Part shown: one piece after another, positions 29,109 to 39,544 of the stretch
Numbering within the stretch: the first letter of the stretch is position 1
Layout: each line of letters begins with the position of its first letter
From: Akkermansiaceae bacterium
GTDB lineage: Bacteria > Verrucomicrobiota > Verrucomicrobiia > Verrucomicrobiales > Akkermansiaceae
Direction: 5' to 3'
Length of the DNA: 57,383 nucleotides
Assembly (NCBI GenBank): GCA_041740475.1
Contig: JBGSLX010000021.1
Location: 1 to 57,383 of the forward strand
Made by a program: the position numbers and the translations under genes
Notes under the pieces: generated by a model
The model's input: the letters and a program-made list of their open reading frames with translations, nothing else
The model's database searches: none
What the model was told of the DNA's origin: nothing

Positions 29109-30053
29109 ATGAGAAAAAATCTAGCCAGATGGAGTTCGGCACTTGGGCTTGCCACCACACTTATGATCAGTTCATGCGCTTACGATCCGAACTACACCTC
29201 CGTCGGTGGTTCTTACAGTTCAGGTTACGACAGCGGGCCGTCCTACGGCAGTAGCGGATTCAGCACTTCGCTATTCGTAAGCACGGGCGACCCACATTGG
29301 CGCTACGATCCGAGCACCTACAGCTACTTTGACAACCGCTCGAATCGTTTTTACGACCCCTATTTAAATGGATATTACCCAGTCAATTATCGCCCACCAA
29401 TCGTCATCGGCGTTCCGCATCCTTACGGTTGGCGTCCCGGAAGCGGCTACTGCCCGCCTCCTCGGGGTGTGAGAAATGTGACAGTGGTGAATTATCGCAA
29501 CCGCGAATCATCATACCGCAATAGCAACTACAGTTGGGCAAAACGGGTGCACCAAGCACCCAACCGCAGCCAAAACTACGAAAGGCAAACAGACCGCCGT
29601 CCCGGCTCTTACGACCGCAGCAATTTCCAGCGCCAACCGAATCCAGCCATCAGAGGCACCCAAACCCGCCCCTCAACACGCTCTCAAAACAACGAACCGC
29701 AATTTTCTAACCGCAGTGAAAATCAACGAACCATTTCAGATCGGAGCCAGTTCAGGGGAAATGAATCACGCGTGAGAAGTCCCGAGCGAGCCAACCGCTT
29801 CCCAGATCCCCGTGCCGCAAACACGCGCACAGATCCCGGCGTTTCTAACATGCGTCCTGATCGCACCCAGCGCCCGGACTTCCAACGTCCCGCTCGCGGT
29901 CAGAGAACAGAGCAACCGCAACCCCGCGTGCCTGATGCGGCACCGATACAGCGTCCTCAACGTGAGCCTGATGCGGCGCCGGTCCAGCGTCCCCAACGTG
30001 AGCAACGCCGTGACAAAATCGCAGAAGGCCTGCGAAGTTTGGGCCAAGCATAA
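29109..30053 (+). CDS. Hypothetical lipoprotein with Tyr/Gly-rich domain and Arg/Gln/Pro-rich tail
   Basis: Signal peptide ending ISSC lipobox; low-complexity C-terminal half. Confidence 0.8.
   Translation: MRKNLARWSSALGLATTLMISSCAYDPNYTSVGGSYSSGYDSGPSYGSSGFSTSLFVSTGDPHWRYDPSTYSYFDNRSNRFYDPYLNGYYPVNYRPPIVIGVPHPYGWRPGSGYCPPPRGVRNVTVVNYRNRESSYRNSNYSWAKRVHQAPNRSQNYERQTDRRPGSYDRSNFQRQPNPAIRGTQTRPSTRSQNNEPQFSNRSENQRTISDRSQFRGNESRVRSPERANRFPDPRAANTRTDPGVSNMRPDRTQRPDFQRPARGQRTEQPQPRVPDAAPIQRPQREPDAAPVQRPQREQRRDKIAEGLRSLGQA
29931..30002 (+). repeat. 36-bp tandem duplication in coding region
   Basis: PDAAPIQRPQRE / PDAAPVQRPQRE. Confidence 0.9.
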
Positions 30054-30166
30054 TGTCACGCAGAGCGAAATGAATTCGCTTAACGAGCAGATGCGAAGTA
30101 TTGTCACGCCGACGTGATCAAGCACCGCTTCCATCTGCTAGACAGGCCCGCAGCGACGGGTGGAAA

Positions 30167-31228
30167 ATGACATTTCTACTCGTTGCGGCGCTAATTTTTT
30201 TAGCGGCGGGCTTGTTGTTGCTTCCTCGTCTGCGTGGTTGCCGCAGCAAGCTCGACTTGCCGGATGATATCATGGCTCAGAGCGCCACGAAAGCGCTCAG
30301 CATCATCATTCCGGCGCGCAACGAGGCGGAAAATTTACCCAAACTCTTGCAGTCAATCTCGGCCCAGAGCGTGCGTCCCTATGAGGTTTTGGTCGTTGAT
30401 GATGGCTCCACTGATCAAACTGCCGAGCTGGCACAAAAACTAGGAGCCAAAGTAATCGCTTCTGCTGCTTTGCCAGATGGCTGGCGCGGTAAAACTTGGG
30501 CCTGCCATCAGGGAGCACAAGCAGCTAGCGGTGATCTGCTAATTTTCATGGATGCTGATACATGGTTCGAGCCCGGTGGCCTCGCCCGAGTGCTCGAAAC
30601 ATACGACGGTGGGGCATTTTCGCTGTTGCCATATCATGCGGTGCGCCGATTGCATGAAAACCTATCACTTTTTTTCAACCTCGGCATGAGTGCTGGCACC
30701 GTGCCGGATGGCTTGGCGGGGCAGTTTTTGATGATACGCCGCGAGGACTATGAAAGTGCGGGCGGTCACGCATCGGTGCGTGGGCATGTTCTGGAAAACT
30801 TCCGTCTGGCGGAGGGCCTGCGTGCCGCTGGAGTCCCGGTGCGCAGTGCGAACGGTCGCCACATCGTATCATTTCGCATGTATCCTAACGGAATCGCCTC
30901 GTTGATCGAGGGCTGGACAAAAGGCTACGCATCCGGCGCGGGAAAAACTCCGCCTCGCATTCTTATGTTGGTGGTGTTGTGGATGACGGGTCTGATGCTG
31001 CCGCCATTTGCATGGGTTCTGAGCGGCGATTGGCAGTTGTGGCTTACAATCTATCTTTTGGGTGCCGTGCAAGTCGCATGGTTCGCGAGGAAGCTCGGCT
31101 CCTTTCAATGGCCTAGCCTGCTATTTTATATCATACCACTCATGTTTTTCTTCAGTTTGTTCGGCTGGTCAGCGATGCGCTCGGGCAAGAAGGTCACTTG
31201 GAAAGGACGTGAAATTCATGCCGATTGA
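30167..31228 (+). CDS. GT2 glycosyltransferase (CrtQ-like carotenoid glycosyltransferase)
   Basis: IIPARNE, VDDGSTD, LPDGWRGKTWACHQG, DAD, FRMY, WKGR. Confidence 0.85.
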   Translation: MTFLLVAALIFLAAGLLLLPRLRGCRSKLDLPDDIMAQSATKALSIIIPARNEAENLPKLLQSISAQSVRPYEVLVVDDGSTDQTAELAQKLGAKVIASAALPDGWRGKTWACHQGAQAASGDLLIFMDADTWFEPGGLARVLETYDGGAFSLLPYHAVRRLHENLSLFFNLGMSAGTVPDGLAGQFLMIRREDYESAGGHASVRGHVLENFRLAEGLRAAGVPVRSANGRHIVSFRMYPNGIASLIEGWTKGYASGAGKTPPRILMLVVLWMTGLMLPPFAWVLSGDWQLWLTIYLLGAVQVAWFARKLGSFQWPSLLFYIIPLMFFFSLFGWSAMRSGKKVTWKGREIHAD

Positions 31229-31706
31229 TCTGCCACTCCCATGGATCATTTCACTGAATTGCCTAGGCTGGCCTATCATCCAGCTCGGACTCGCATGGTT
31301 GTTTACGCGCATGCCAGATGGATGGTTTCAGCCGCCAAAGTCGGGATTTGAGAAATTCGAATCATGGTTATATGAATCATTTTTCCAGATACACCGCTGG
31401 AAAGACAAGCTGCCGGATGCTGCGGCTTGGTTTGGTGGCGGCTTTGCGAAGAGTGCGTTAGTCACTAGTGAACCAACTTACTTGCAACGCTTCATTCGCG
31501 AGACTTGGCGCGGCGAGTTATGCCATTGGTGCGCCATCGCGTTCTTGCCATTGTTCTTTCTCTGGAATCCTCGGTGGGCGGATTGGGTGATGGTCATCTA
31601 TGTCATTTCTGCAAACTTGCCATGCATTCTTGCTCAGCGTCATAACCGCATAAGGCTGACTCGCTTGGTCGCCAAGAAGTCTAGAAAACTCGGAGCCAAG
31701 AGATAA
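31218..31706 (+). CDS. CrtO-like glycosyl-carotenoid acyltransferase
   Basis: IHRWKDKLPD, FIRETWRGELCHW, NLPCILAQRHNRIRL; overlaps GT2 stop. Confidence 0.8.
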   Translation: MPIDLPLPWIISLNCLGWPIIQLGLAWLFTRMPDGWFQPPKSGFEKFESWLYESFFQIHRWKDKLPDAAAWFGGGFAKSALVTSEPTYLQRFIRETWRGELCHWCAIAFLPLFFLWNPRWADWVMVIYVISANLPCILAQRHNRIRLTRLVAKKSRKLGAKR

Positions 31707-31710
31707 CTCG

Positions 31711-32547
31711 TCAGGCATCGCGATAACACTCACCGAGTGGCGTGAGCTTACCGTCATCATCAAACAACGCACTGGTTCCAAGTGAAGGGCTGTTGGGTTT
31801 TGCGGAAAACCATGCGTAGCGCTCCACGCAATCCAATCGGTCGAGCAGTGGCAGAACTTCTTTCATGTACGTGAGCACGTCTTTCGGAGAAAACTGATTT
31901 TCTGCCACGTTCTTCGCTTTCCAGTCGCCTACCGCAAACTCGGTGATCCAGATCGGTCGATTATATCGCTTCTCAATCGCTTTCATGCGGCGAATCAAAC
32001 TTTGTGGATCGGCTCCGCTATATGAATGCACACATATGAAATCCACCCTCAGCTTCCGCTTCTTCACCTCCTCCAAAAAAAGGGTCATCCACTCGTTGTC
32101 TGGATGCACACATGCCGGACTACCGAGGCGAAGTTTGGTCTTTTCTAAGAGTGGCCAAATTTCGAGCGCCTCCTCAACTGACATGTCTGCCTGTTCTTTT
32201 TGATCGGGTTCGTTGAATCCCAGTAATTCCTCACAACCGGCATTTTTCGCGATTTTAGCGGGCTTAAGAACCGATTCAGCGGTGCCCCGGTATTCCCAGA
32301 TCATTGGCACAAATGAAACATTTCTCGGAGCATCTCGAGGTACGTTCGGTGTCCAAGTGTAATACCATTTGCAGTTCAGAGCCTCCAATTTGTCACTCCA
32401 GCCTTCTTGGCTGGGGCCGATGCAGTGGCCCTTTTTCGGCGAGCCAGAAGCTTTAGAAGCACGGAGTGGTCGCGATGAAGTCTGAGCTGAAGCGGCAGGT
32501 GCTAAACCAGCCGCTAGCATCAACTCCAACAATCGGCGGCGTTTCAC
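31711..32547 (-). CDS. GH128-like glycoside hydrolase with Tat-like signal
   Basis: MKRRRLL signal; WYYTW, FVPMIW, GFNEPD, VHSY, IWITEF, VERYAWF. Confidence 0.85.
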   Translation of the reverse strand: MKRRRLLELMLAAGLAPAASAQTSSRPLRASKASGSPKKGHCIGPSQEGWSDKLEALNCKWYYTWTPNVPRDAPRNVSFVPMIWEYRGTAESVLKPAKIAKNAGCEELLGFNEPDQKEQADMSVEEALEIWPLLEKTKLRLGSPACVHPDNEWMTLFLEEVKKRKLRVDFICVHSYSGADPQSLIRRMKAIEKRYNRPIWITEFAVGDWKAKNVAENQFSPKDVLTYMKEVLPLLDRLDCVERYAWFSAKPNSPSLGTSALFDDDGKLTPLGECYRDA

Positions 32548-32567
32548 TCGCGAATGATCGGTGGAAG

Positions 32568-33320
32568 TTATTCAAACAAGCGTTCTTGAATCGGCGGCTT
32601 GAGCAGCTCCACATGACCATCCAAGAAGGTCGTGATCGCCTCACGGTTATCGGTGTAGTAGATGAAATTAGTTGGACGTGAGTTGTCTCTTGCGATTGGA
32701 GTAAAAACTTTACCGTGTTCTTTGGTAATGAAAGTAAAGCCGTAGGTGCAATAGATTACTCTGGATGGGTCATTAAATGAACTAACTTTTTTAAATTCGT
32801 TCCATTTCTGAAGTTTGCTATTGAAGCCCAGCGGTACAAACAACCCAGAGGTATCGCCATAAATCCGAGCCCCTTGGAGGAATGTGCCAGCGTCCATGTT
32901 TCTTGGGTCTGATGAAGTTGATCCAAATAAATTCTTTATGCGTAACCTCAATTCGTCCAAAAGCTTCCTTTGGTCACTAATTGAAACGTCAGGAAAGAGA
33001 TAAGGTTGGGCACGTCCCCAAAATGTATTACTAACCCATCCTTTACCGCCACCTTCTTTCGAATCCCCATCCCACTTCATTACATTGATGTCGCCGTTGT
33101 TCTCGGTTGAGTAATTCACGCTTGCGGTGCCCACTTGGCGCAATGAAGACATCGCTGTCGCTTGTTGAGCCGAACCCCTAACTTTTCCGGTGACTACAAA
33201 TGTAAGACCTGCGAGCACGAGAATGATAACGACTGTGACAAGTAACTCGACCAACGTGAATGCTCCGGCCAAGCCAGAGTGAGGTCGTGATAATCGCGCG
33301 TGGTTAGTTTGGAGATTCAT
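32568..33320 (-). CDS. Prepilin-type protein with C-terminal FxDGHV (H-X9-DG-like) motif
   Basis: GA/FTLVELLVT, SSLRQVG, TFLDGHV. Confidence 0.85.
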   Translation of the reverse strand: MNLQTNHARLSRPHSGLAGAFTLVELLVTVVIILVLAGLTFVVTGKVRGSAQQATAMSSLRQVGTASVNYSTENNGDINVMKWDGDSKEGGGKGWVSNTFWGRAQPYLFPDVSISDQRKLLDELRLRIKNLFGSTSSDPRNMDAGTFLQGARIYGDTSGLFVPLGFNSKLQKWNEFKKVSSFNDPSRVIYCTYGFTFITKEHGKVFTPIARDNSRPTNFIYYTDNREAITTFLDGHVELLKPPIQERLFE

Positions 33321-33408
33321 TGGGTTTTTGCGGTTGGTTGTTTTTTAAAACGGCACACTAGGACAGATGATACAATGATGAGATATGATTACTGGTGAAG
33401 TGGGAATA

Positions 33409-35070
33409 TTAGTTTTTTCGATCCGCTTTATGGGTAGCAGGCTTTGCCAAAAGCCGAATTTCTTCCTGCGTGAGCGCGCTTGGAAAAATCGCGAGTTCAT
33501 CGATGCGACCGACCAAGCCGCGCGCTTCCATGCGGCTTTGGCTGGCGTTTCCATTGAGGCGACCAATAAAAATCTGTCGGCAATCCATCGGCATATCACT
33601 CACGAACTCAGTCGCGATTTCCTCACCGTCAAGGTAAGTTGTGACCAATCCGTCATCGCGGGTAACTGCCATGTGATGCCAATGAAGCGGGCGCAGAATC
33701 GTGTTTCCGTAGGCCTCGATGCCACCGTCCCATCCAGGTGGATCGCGAAAAACGACGTTGAGCGCCGTTTCTTTGCGGCTCGCACTGCGGTAGGCGGTGT
33801 AAATCTGCATGATGAACGGATGACCTTGTACTTTTTCATCGAAGCGCATCGCTGAGATCAGGGCGTAGTTTTGCAACCAGTCAAATTGAGCAAACAGGCT
33901 GATCGAGAAGTCTCCCTGGAGCAGGTATTTCGCGGTAGAAATCTGAAAGTACTCGGTCTGCAAGCGCCTCGCCAACTCGCCAGAATGATTGCCCGCTTCC
34001 TCAGCGGTGACGGTCGCTGTGCCCACAGCTTTCATCAACACCCCGCCGCTCACTGCGTTAGGAATGATGCCATTGGCGATTTCCTCAAAACGCCAGTATC
34101 CCGCAGGTGCCAGCCGCATCACCAAGTCCGCGTAGGATGCATCCAGCTTTAGTCTCGGCCTAGATGGCACTTTGAGCTCTGGATAATCTTCATCCTTCTC
34201 CTCGATCTTGGTGATTGATTGATTCGACGGTATAATTTGAACGGATTCCTGAGAAGCAATTCGTTGCGTGTTTTTGACCTCTCCGAGTGAATCCAGAAGT
34301 GAAACGTCTGCCATGCCATGGAAAACTCGGCAGCTCCCGGTGCCATCCGCGTTCACAAAGACGCCGAATTCAGTGCCGAGATCCACCACGTCAAATGACG
34401 GTGACTCGAGCTTAAAGCCTTTTGCTCCATCCGGCACCAATGCTCTCGCTCTTCCGTAGTTCACCAGAATGCGATCATGACCGCTTAAAACCGCTTCGAA
34501 TGGTGAATCTAACGTCACTGAAACTCCGCGAAATGTTTGGAAGGTCAGCCAGCCTTCGCTTTGTGCGATGACTCCCGGTTCGAGAAATCGACCTGTTACG
34601 AAAGACGAACCCGGCGAACTGCCAATGACTACCGCAATTGCGGAATTTGTAGCTGGAGCCGATTCTTCCTGTACAGGAGCCGTGGCAACGACTGGGGACT
34701 GCGTGTTCTTGAGAAGCAAAAACACGACTGCTAACAAGGCAAACATCGCTGCCAATCCCCAAGCGATGGCTCCACCGTGTCCTTTTTTCAAACGAACTTC
34801 ACCGATCCGATCCATGGTAACGACATCGAACGAGCGGTCGCCTGATTGACGGGCGTGATCGGATTCGAGCAGGTCGAATAAAGATAGCCAGCGTGGGTTG
34901 GATTCCGCCGCGGCGCGGGTCGCCCCTAGGGTTGCGATTTGCTCCGCAAAACGACGGCGCAGCTCAGGGTCTGTGGTGAGTTGCTCTAGAAGTTCCGCCT
35001 CCTCAGCATCCGTCAGACCGCCATCTAACCAGCCTTCCAAAAGCTTAGTCAACACAGCGTCAGACTTCAT
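33409..35070 (-). CDS. Anti-sigma factor: TM, FecR-like domain and LamG-like domain
   Basis: VVDLGTEFGV (FecR), YWRFEE..WHHMAVT..YLDG..GRIDELAIF..LT (LamG); ATGA overlap with sigma gene. Confidence 0.85.
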   Translation of the reverse strand: MKSDAVLTKLLEGWLDGGLTDAEEAELLEQLTTDPELRRRFAEQIATLGATRAAAESNPRWLSLFDLLESDHARQSGDRSFDVVTMDRIGEVRLKKGHGGAIAWGLAAMFALLAVVFLLLKNTQSPVVATAPVQEESAPATNSAIAVVIGSSPGSSFVTGRFLEPGVIAQSEGWLTFQTFRGVSVTLDSPFEAVLSGHDRILVNYGRARALVPDGAKGFKLESPSFDVVDLGTEFGVFVNADGTGSCRVFHGMADVSLLDSLGEVKNTQRIASQESVQIIPSNQSITKIEEKDEDYPELKVPSRPRLKLDASYADLVMRLAPAGYWRFEEIANGIIPNAVSGGVLMKAVGTATVTAEEAGNHSGELARRLQTEYFQISTAKYLLQGDFSISLFAQFDWLQNYALISAMRFDEKVQGHPFIMQIYTAYRSASRKETALNVVFRDPPGWDGGIEAYGNTILRPLHWHHMAVTRDDGLVTTYLDGEEIATEFVSDMPMDCRQIFIGRLNGNASQSRMEARGLVGRIDELAIFPSALTQEEIRLLAKPATHKADRKN

Positions 35071-35627
35071 GTGGGTTGATTCAGCATGCATTGTTTCAAG
35101 TTTTCGTTGGCACGGAGCTGCAACATATAAATCGCTCCGCGCGTGGTTTTTAGCAGCTTGGCGGCCATAGAGCCGTCTTCACCGCGCAACCGTGCACGGA
35201 TCACTTGACGCATGCGTTCAGGTAGCTTTTCCACACAGTCCATCAGGCGTTTCAGCGGTTCGCGCCCGAACTGACCTTCGACCTCGGTCAGCTCGGTAGA
35301 AATCCTGATCAAGCATTCTTCTCGGAAACGCTGGTTTGCTTTGTGCCGCCGATCAGAGGTGCGGTAATGCATCAAAACGCGGTGTTTTGCGATACCGACC
35401 AACCACGCTTCGAAGGACTGCTCGGTATCAAATTTGGCCAAGCCTCGGTAGGCGGCGATGAAGGTTTCTTGAGCGATATCTTCCGCATCTGCCGAATTCT
35501 GTACTCGAGCGTGAATGAATGACCGCACCGATAGCCCGAACTCGCGGACCAAGAGCGCAAACTCTGGTTGATTGCCCGCGAGGACAGTGCGAATCACATC
35601 GGCAATTTCCTGATCGTTCATTTTCAT
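35067..35627 (-). CDS. ECF RNA polymerase sigma-70 factor
   Basis: AEDIAQETF, FEAWLVGIA, CVEKLPERMR. Confidence 0.92.
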   Translation of the reverse strand: MKMNDQEIADVIRTVLAGNQPEFALLVREFGLSVRSFIHARVQNSADAEDIAQETFIAAYRGLAKFDTEQSFEAWLVGIAKHRVLMHYRTSDRRHKANQRFREECLIRISTELTEVEGQFGREPLKRLMDCVEKLPERMRQVIRARLRGEDGSMAAKLLKTTRGAIYMLQLRANENLKQCMLNQPT

Positions 35628-35998
35628 ATTTTTATGCCACAAACTGGCTGATCTTTTGTTTTTTTAAAAGGATTTGCAAAATTTCATTTCGTGATTTGAG
35701 AGCCAGCACATGAAGAGTTTCACCCTTAAAGTTCGGGGTTAGCGTTTATTTTTTGCCATGAGCGAGGCACGGAATCCACATGAATCTCAACGGGAATATG
35801 AGAACAACGAAAAGCTCGAAAAGCTACGAGAGAAGAATGAAGAGATGGGCTTGGGAGATTCGCCTTCAATGTGCCCCACCATTTTTCACCACCTCGTTTT
35901 TCTTTAGCCGATCTCGTTCTCTCTATCGCTGAATTTGGAATGAAATCATCAGTTTTTCCATGCTTGGCAGTCGGAGAAATCCACTCAAGAGTCGAGTC

Positions 35999-36787
35999 AT
36001 GCAGACCGCACAATATCTGAAGGAACTCTTTGACTTATCTGGAAAAACCGCCGTCGTCATTGGCGGCACAGGCGCACTTTGCGGCACGATGGCGGTGGGT
36101 TTGGCACGCGCTGGCGCCGAAGTGGTGTTAGGTGGACGTATCCCAGAAAAGGCCGAGGAGCGCCTCGCAGAAATCGAATCCCACGGCGGAACGGGATACT
36201 TTGTGCCGGTAGACGTGACCTCCCGAGATTCCTTACAGCACCTACTCGACACCACACTCGACCGATCCGGGCAGGTGGATATTTTGATCAACGGCGCTGG
36301 CACCAATTCTGCCACTCCTTTTCTGGACGTCTGCGAAGAAGAATATGAGCGCATCATCGACACCAACCTCAGCGCCGTTTTCCGCGCTTGCCAAGTTTTC
36401 GGCAATTACTTCGTCGAGGAAGGCCGAGCCGCATCGATCATCAATCTCGGCTCGATTTCGGGACTCAGCCCGCTTTCTCGCGTGTTTACTTATTCACTCT
36501 CCAAAGCCGCGGTGCACAACCTGACCCGCAATCTCGCCCGCGAGTGGGCCGACAAGGACATCCGCGTGAACACACTGGTTCCAGGATTTTTCCCCGCTGA
36601 GCAAAACCGCAAGGTTCTCGACGAGTCGCGCGTGCTCGACATTCTGCGCCAGACTCCGGCCTCACGTTTTGGCAATGCTGAAGAATTGATCGGCGCGACC
36701 CTCCTGCTTGCGTCCCCGAGAGCTGGTTCGTTCATCACTGGCATCGAAATGATTGTCGATGGCGGCTTTAACGCCATGAGCATCTGA
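35999..36787 (+). CDS. SDR oxidoreductase (sugar-acid dehydrogenase-like)
   Basis: [29 protein letters not shown]. Confidence 0.9.
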   Translation: MQTAQYLKELFDLSGKTAVVIGGTGALCGTMAVGLARAGAEVVLGGRIPEKAEERLAEIESHGGTGYFVPVDVTSRDSLQHLLDTTLDRSGQVDILINGAGTNSATPFLDVCEEEYERIIDTNLSAVFRACQVFGNYFVEEGRAASIINLGSISGLSPLSRVFTYSLSKAAVHNLTRNLAREWADKDIRVNTLVPGFFPAEQNRKVLDESRVLDILRQTPASRFGNAEELIGATLLLASPRAGSFITGIEMIVDGGFNAMSI

Positions 36788-36803
36788 GGTCGCTCGTTGA
36801 GCT

Positions 36804-38525
36804 TCAAAACAGGAAATAGCGCTGCGCCATCGGCAAAACTGAAAGTGGCTCGCAGCGGAGTGCGCGGCCATCGGCGGTGACGGTGTAGGTCTCCGGATCC
36901 ACGGTGATGACCGGCATCGCGTCATTAAAAGGCAGGTCCGCCTTGGTGACTGAGCGGCAGTTTTTTACCGCAACCAGCCGCTTGCTGAGATGGAGATGCT
37001 CCAGCGCGCCAGTTTCGAGGGCAGCAGCACTGACGAAAGTCACAGAAGTCGAGCCGATGGCTTTTCCAAACGCTCCGAACTGCGGACGGTAAAAAGTCGG
37101 CTGCGGAGTGGGAATGGAGGCATTGGGATCGCCCATATTGGCCCACGCAATCAGCCCACCTTTGAGAACGGTCTCGGGTTTTACGCCGAAAAATGCGGGC
37201 TTCCAAATCACGATGTCCGCCAGTTTCCCGACTTCGATAGAGCCGACTTCGTGAGCGATGCCGTGGGTCAGCGCCGGGCAAATCGTGTATTTCGCCACAT
37301 AGCGCAGAGCGCGGAAATTATCGGCGGCCGGGTGGCTTGGCCCATCGAGTTTGCCGAACTGCACCTTCATCTTGTGCGCGGTCTGCCAAGTGCGGGTGAT
37401 CGTTTCGCCGATGCGACCCATCGCTTGGGAGTCGGATGACATCATGGAAATCGCGCCCAGATCGTGCAGTAGGTCCTCTGCGGCGATGGTTTCCGGGCGG
37501 ATGCGGCTTTCGGCGAAGGCGACGTCTTCTGGAATGCGGGAATCGAGGTGGTGACAGACCATCAACATGTCGAGATGCTCGTCGATGGTGTTTGCGGTAA
37601 AAGGGCGGGTGGGATTGGTGGACGAGGGCAAAACGTTCGCCTCACCACAAACGCGGATGATGTCAGGTGCGTGACCGCCGCCAGCTCCCTCAGAGTGATA
37701 GGTGTGGATCGTGCGGCCTTTGAATGCGGCCAGCGTGCTTTCGACAAAGCCTGCCTCGTTGAGCGTGTCGGTGTGGATGGCGACCTGAACGTCCATTTCA
37801 TCGGCGACGCTCAGGCAGGTATCGATGGCTGCGGGCGTGGTTCCCCAGTCTTCGTGAAGCTTCAGACCGATGGCTCCGGCGAGGACTTGCTCGCGGAGCG
37901 GCTCGGGCGAGGAGCAGTTTCCCTTTCCGAGAAATCCGAGGTTCACGGGAAAAGCCTCCGCCGCTTCGAGCATGCGGTGGATGTTCCAGATGCCAGGCGT
38001 GCAAGTGGTGGCGTAGGTGCCGTGCGCAGGTCCAGTGCCGCCACCCAGCAAAGTCGTCACCCCGGCAGCGATGGCGTGCTCGATCTGCTGTGGGCAGATG
38101 AAGTGAATGTGGGAATCGATGCCACCCGCTGTGACGATGCAGCCCTCGCCAGCGATGATTTCTGTGGCAGCTCCGATGGTCATCGTGATGCCGTCCTGCA
38201 GCAGCGGATTGCCCGCATGGCCGATGCCGATGATGCGGCCGTGCTTGATGCCGATGTCGGCTTTGATCACTCCGTGTGCGGCGTCGAGAATCACCGCGTT
38301 GGTGATGACGAGGTCTGGAACCTCAGCGTCGAGCGCGAGTGGCGACTGCGCCATGCCGTCGCGGATGACTTTCCCACCACCAAACTTCACTTCATTGCCA
38401 TAGCCGCCGTTTTCCGTGATGAGGTCGCGTTCGACTTCGATAAAAAGCTCGGTATCCGCGAGTCGGACTTGGTCACCGGTAGTCGGGCCAAAGGTAGCGG
38501 CATAACTGGCGCGGGATTGTTTCAT
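36804..38525 (-). CDS. ureC: Urease subunit alpha
   Basis: [38 protein letters not shown]. Confidence 0.98.
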   Translation of the reverse strand: MKQSRASYAATFGPTTGDQVRLADTELFIEVERDLITENGGYGNEVKFGGGKVIRDGMAQSPLALDAEVPDLVITNAVILDAAHGVIKADIGIKHGRIIGIGHAGNPLLQDGITMTIGAATEIIAGEGCIVTAGGIDSHIHFICPQQIEHAIAAGVTTLLGGGTGPAHGTYATTCTPGIWNIHRMLEAAEAFPVNLGFLGKGNCSSPEPLREQVLAGAIGLKLHEDWGTTPAAIDTCLSVADEMDVQVAIHTDTLNEAGFVESTLAAFKGRTIHTYHSEGAGGGHAPDIIRVCGEANVLPSSTNPTRPFTANTIDEHLDMLMVCHHLDSRIPEDVAFAESRIRPETIAAEDLLHDLGAISMMSSDSQAMGRIGETITRTWQTAHKMKVQFGKLDGPSHPAADNFRALRYVAKYTICPALTHGIAHEVGSIEVGKLADIVIWKPAFFGVKPETVLKGGLIAWANMGDPNASIPTPQPTFYRPQFGAFGKAIGSTSVTFVSAAALETGALEHLHLSKRLVAVKNCRSVTKADLPFNDAMPVITVDPETYTVTADGRALRCEPLSVLPMAQRYFLF

Positions 38526-38839
38526 GAGTCGAGTGGGCCATTCACGAGATTGTTGAGGCCGTGGATTTCCCGTTTCCCTGCGAGTGCGACGAGCGGGACT
38601 TCACGGGTGTCGCCGGGTTCGAAGCGCACTGCCGTGCCAGCGGGTATGTCGAGGCGGTATCCGCGTGCGGTGACGCGGTCAAAGAAGAGCGCGGCGTTGG
38701 TTTCCGCGAAGTGAAAATGACTGCCGACCTGAATCGGGCGGTCGCCGGTGTTAGCCACGGCGAGTGTCAGCTTTGCCAAGCCGACGTTCAGCTCAAGATC
38801 GGGAGCATCGCGGGGAGTGAGGATTTCACCGGGGATCAT
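38522..38839 (-). CDS. ureB: Urease subunit beta
   Basis: [27 protein letters not shown]. Confidence 0.97.
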   Translation of the reverse strand: MIPGEILTPRDAPDLELNVGLAKLTLAVANTGDRPIQVGSHFHFAETNAALFFDRVTARGYRLDIPAGTAVRFEPGDTREVPLVALAGKREIHGLNNLVNGPLDS

Positions 38840-39138
38840 CGGACTGGGTTGTGGACGGTTACGAGTTTCGTGCCATCAGGGAAAGTCGCCTCCACTTGCA
38901 CGTCGTGAATCATTTCCGCCACGCCGTCCATGACTTGGTCGCGAGTGACATAGGTGGTGCCCAGACTCATCAACTCGGCCACGCTGCGGCCATCGCGAGC
39001 GGCTTCGAGCAGCTCCGCAGTGATCAGGGCGATGGTTTCCGGGTAGTTCAGCTTGAGCCCTCGTTCGCGGCGACGTCGGGCAAGATCACCTGCGACGACG
39101 ATCAAAAGTTTCTCCTGTTCGCGCGGCGAGAGATGCAT
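38836..39138 (-). CDS. ureA: Urease subunit gamma
   Basis: [33 protein letters not shown]. Confidence 0.97.
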   Translation of the reverse strand: MHLSPREQEKLLIVVAGDLARRRRERGLKLNYPETIALITAELLEAARDGRSVAELMSLGTTYVTRDQVMDGVAEMIHDVQVEATFPDGTKLVTVHNPVR

Positions 39139-39142
39139 GAGA

Positions 39143-39430
39143 TCAAAATGCGGCGATGAGAGCGATGGAGCCGCCGAATGCGATGGCTGCGCCGACACGC
39201 ACGCCCAAGCGGCGGTTCATGACGAATAGCACAGCCGCGCCTAGAGCGACTAGAGCGAGGCTGATTTCGAGCCAGCCATGAAGGTGAAACCAATCGGCGC
39301 GCAGTGCACTGAACTCATCATCTTCACCCGGCGGATGATAATGACCGGGATGTGCGGCGGCGGTCATGATTGTTGTGAAGAACGCGATGCATGCCATCCA
39401 AGAGAGCGAGAGTTGTGAGAAATATTTCAT
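39143..39430 (-). CDS. Small His-rich membrane protein (HupE/UreJ-like N-terminus)
   Basis: Signal peptide then [15 protein letters not shown], two TM helices, 4 bp before ureA. Confidence 0.65.
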   Translation of the reverse strand: MKYFSQLSLSWMACIAFFTTIMTAAAHPGHYHPPGEDDEFSALRADWFHLHGWLEISLALVALGAAVLFVMNRRLGVRVGAAIAFGGSIALIAAF

Positions 39431-39475
39431 TTGCGGCGAAGTAAAGCAGTTGAGGTGCCATCGGCAATAATGATT

Positions 39476-39509
39476 CACGGTCATGCCCCAACCAAAAGGC
39501 ATGACCGTG
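39476..39509. terminator. Intercistronic 12-bp hairpin after urtA
   Basis: CACGGTCATGCC-N10-GGCATGACCGTG; no U tract on the minus strand. Confidence 0.55.
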
Positions 39510-39544
39510 GCGGACGTATCCGCGCAACAACCGAGACAGGAGAA

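Noticed and set aside
35758-35907. 49-aa ORF with a CGAAAAGCT duplication between the sigma and SDR genes
   Set aside because: Too short, no motif, only two repeat units; cannot be supported
37548-38714. 388-aa plus-strand ORF and similar long antisense ORFs over gltB, the MFS gene, mutS and the passenger-repeat gene
   Set aside because: Antisense shadows of well-supported genes caused by codon bias; no motifs of their own
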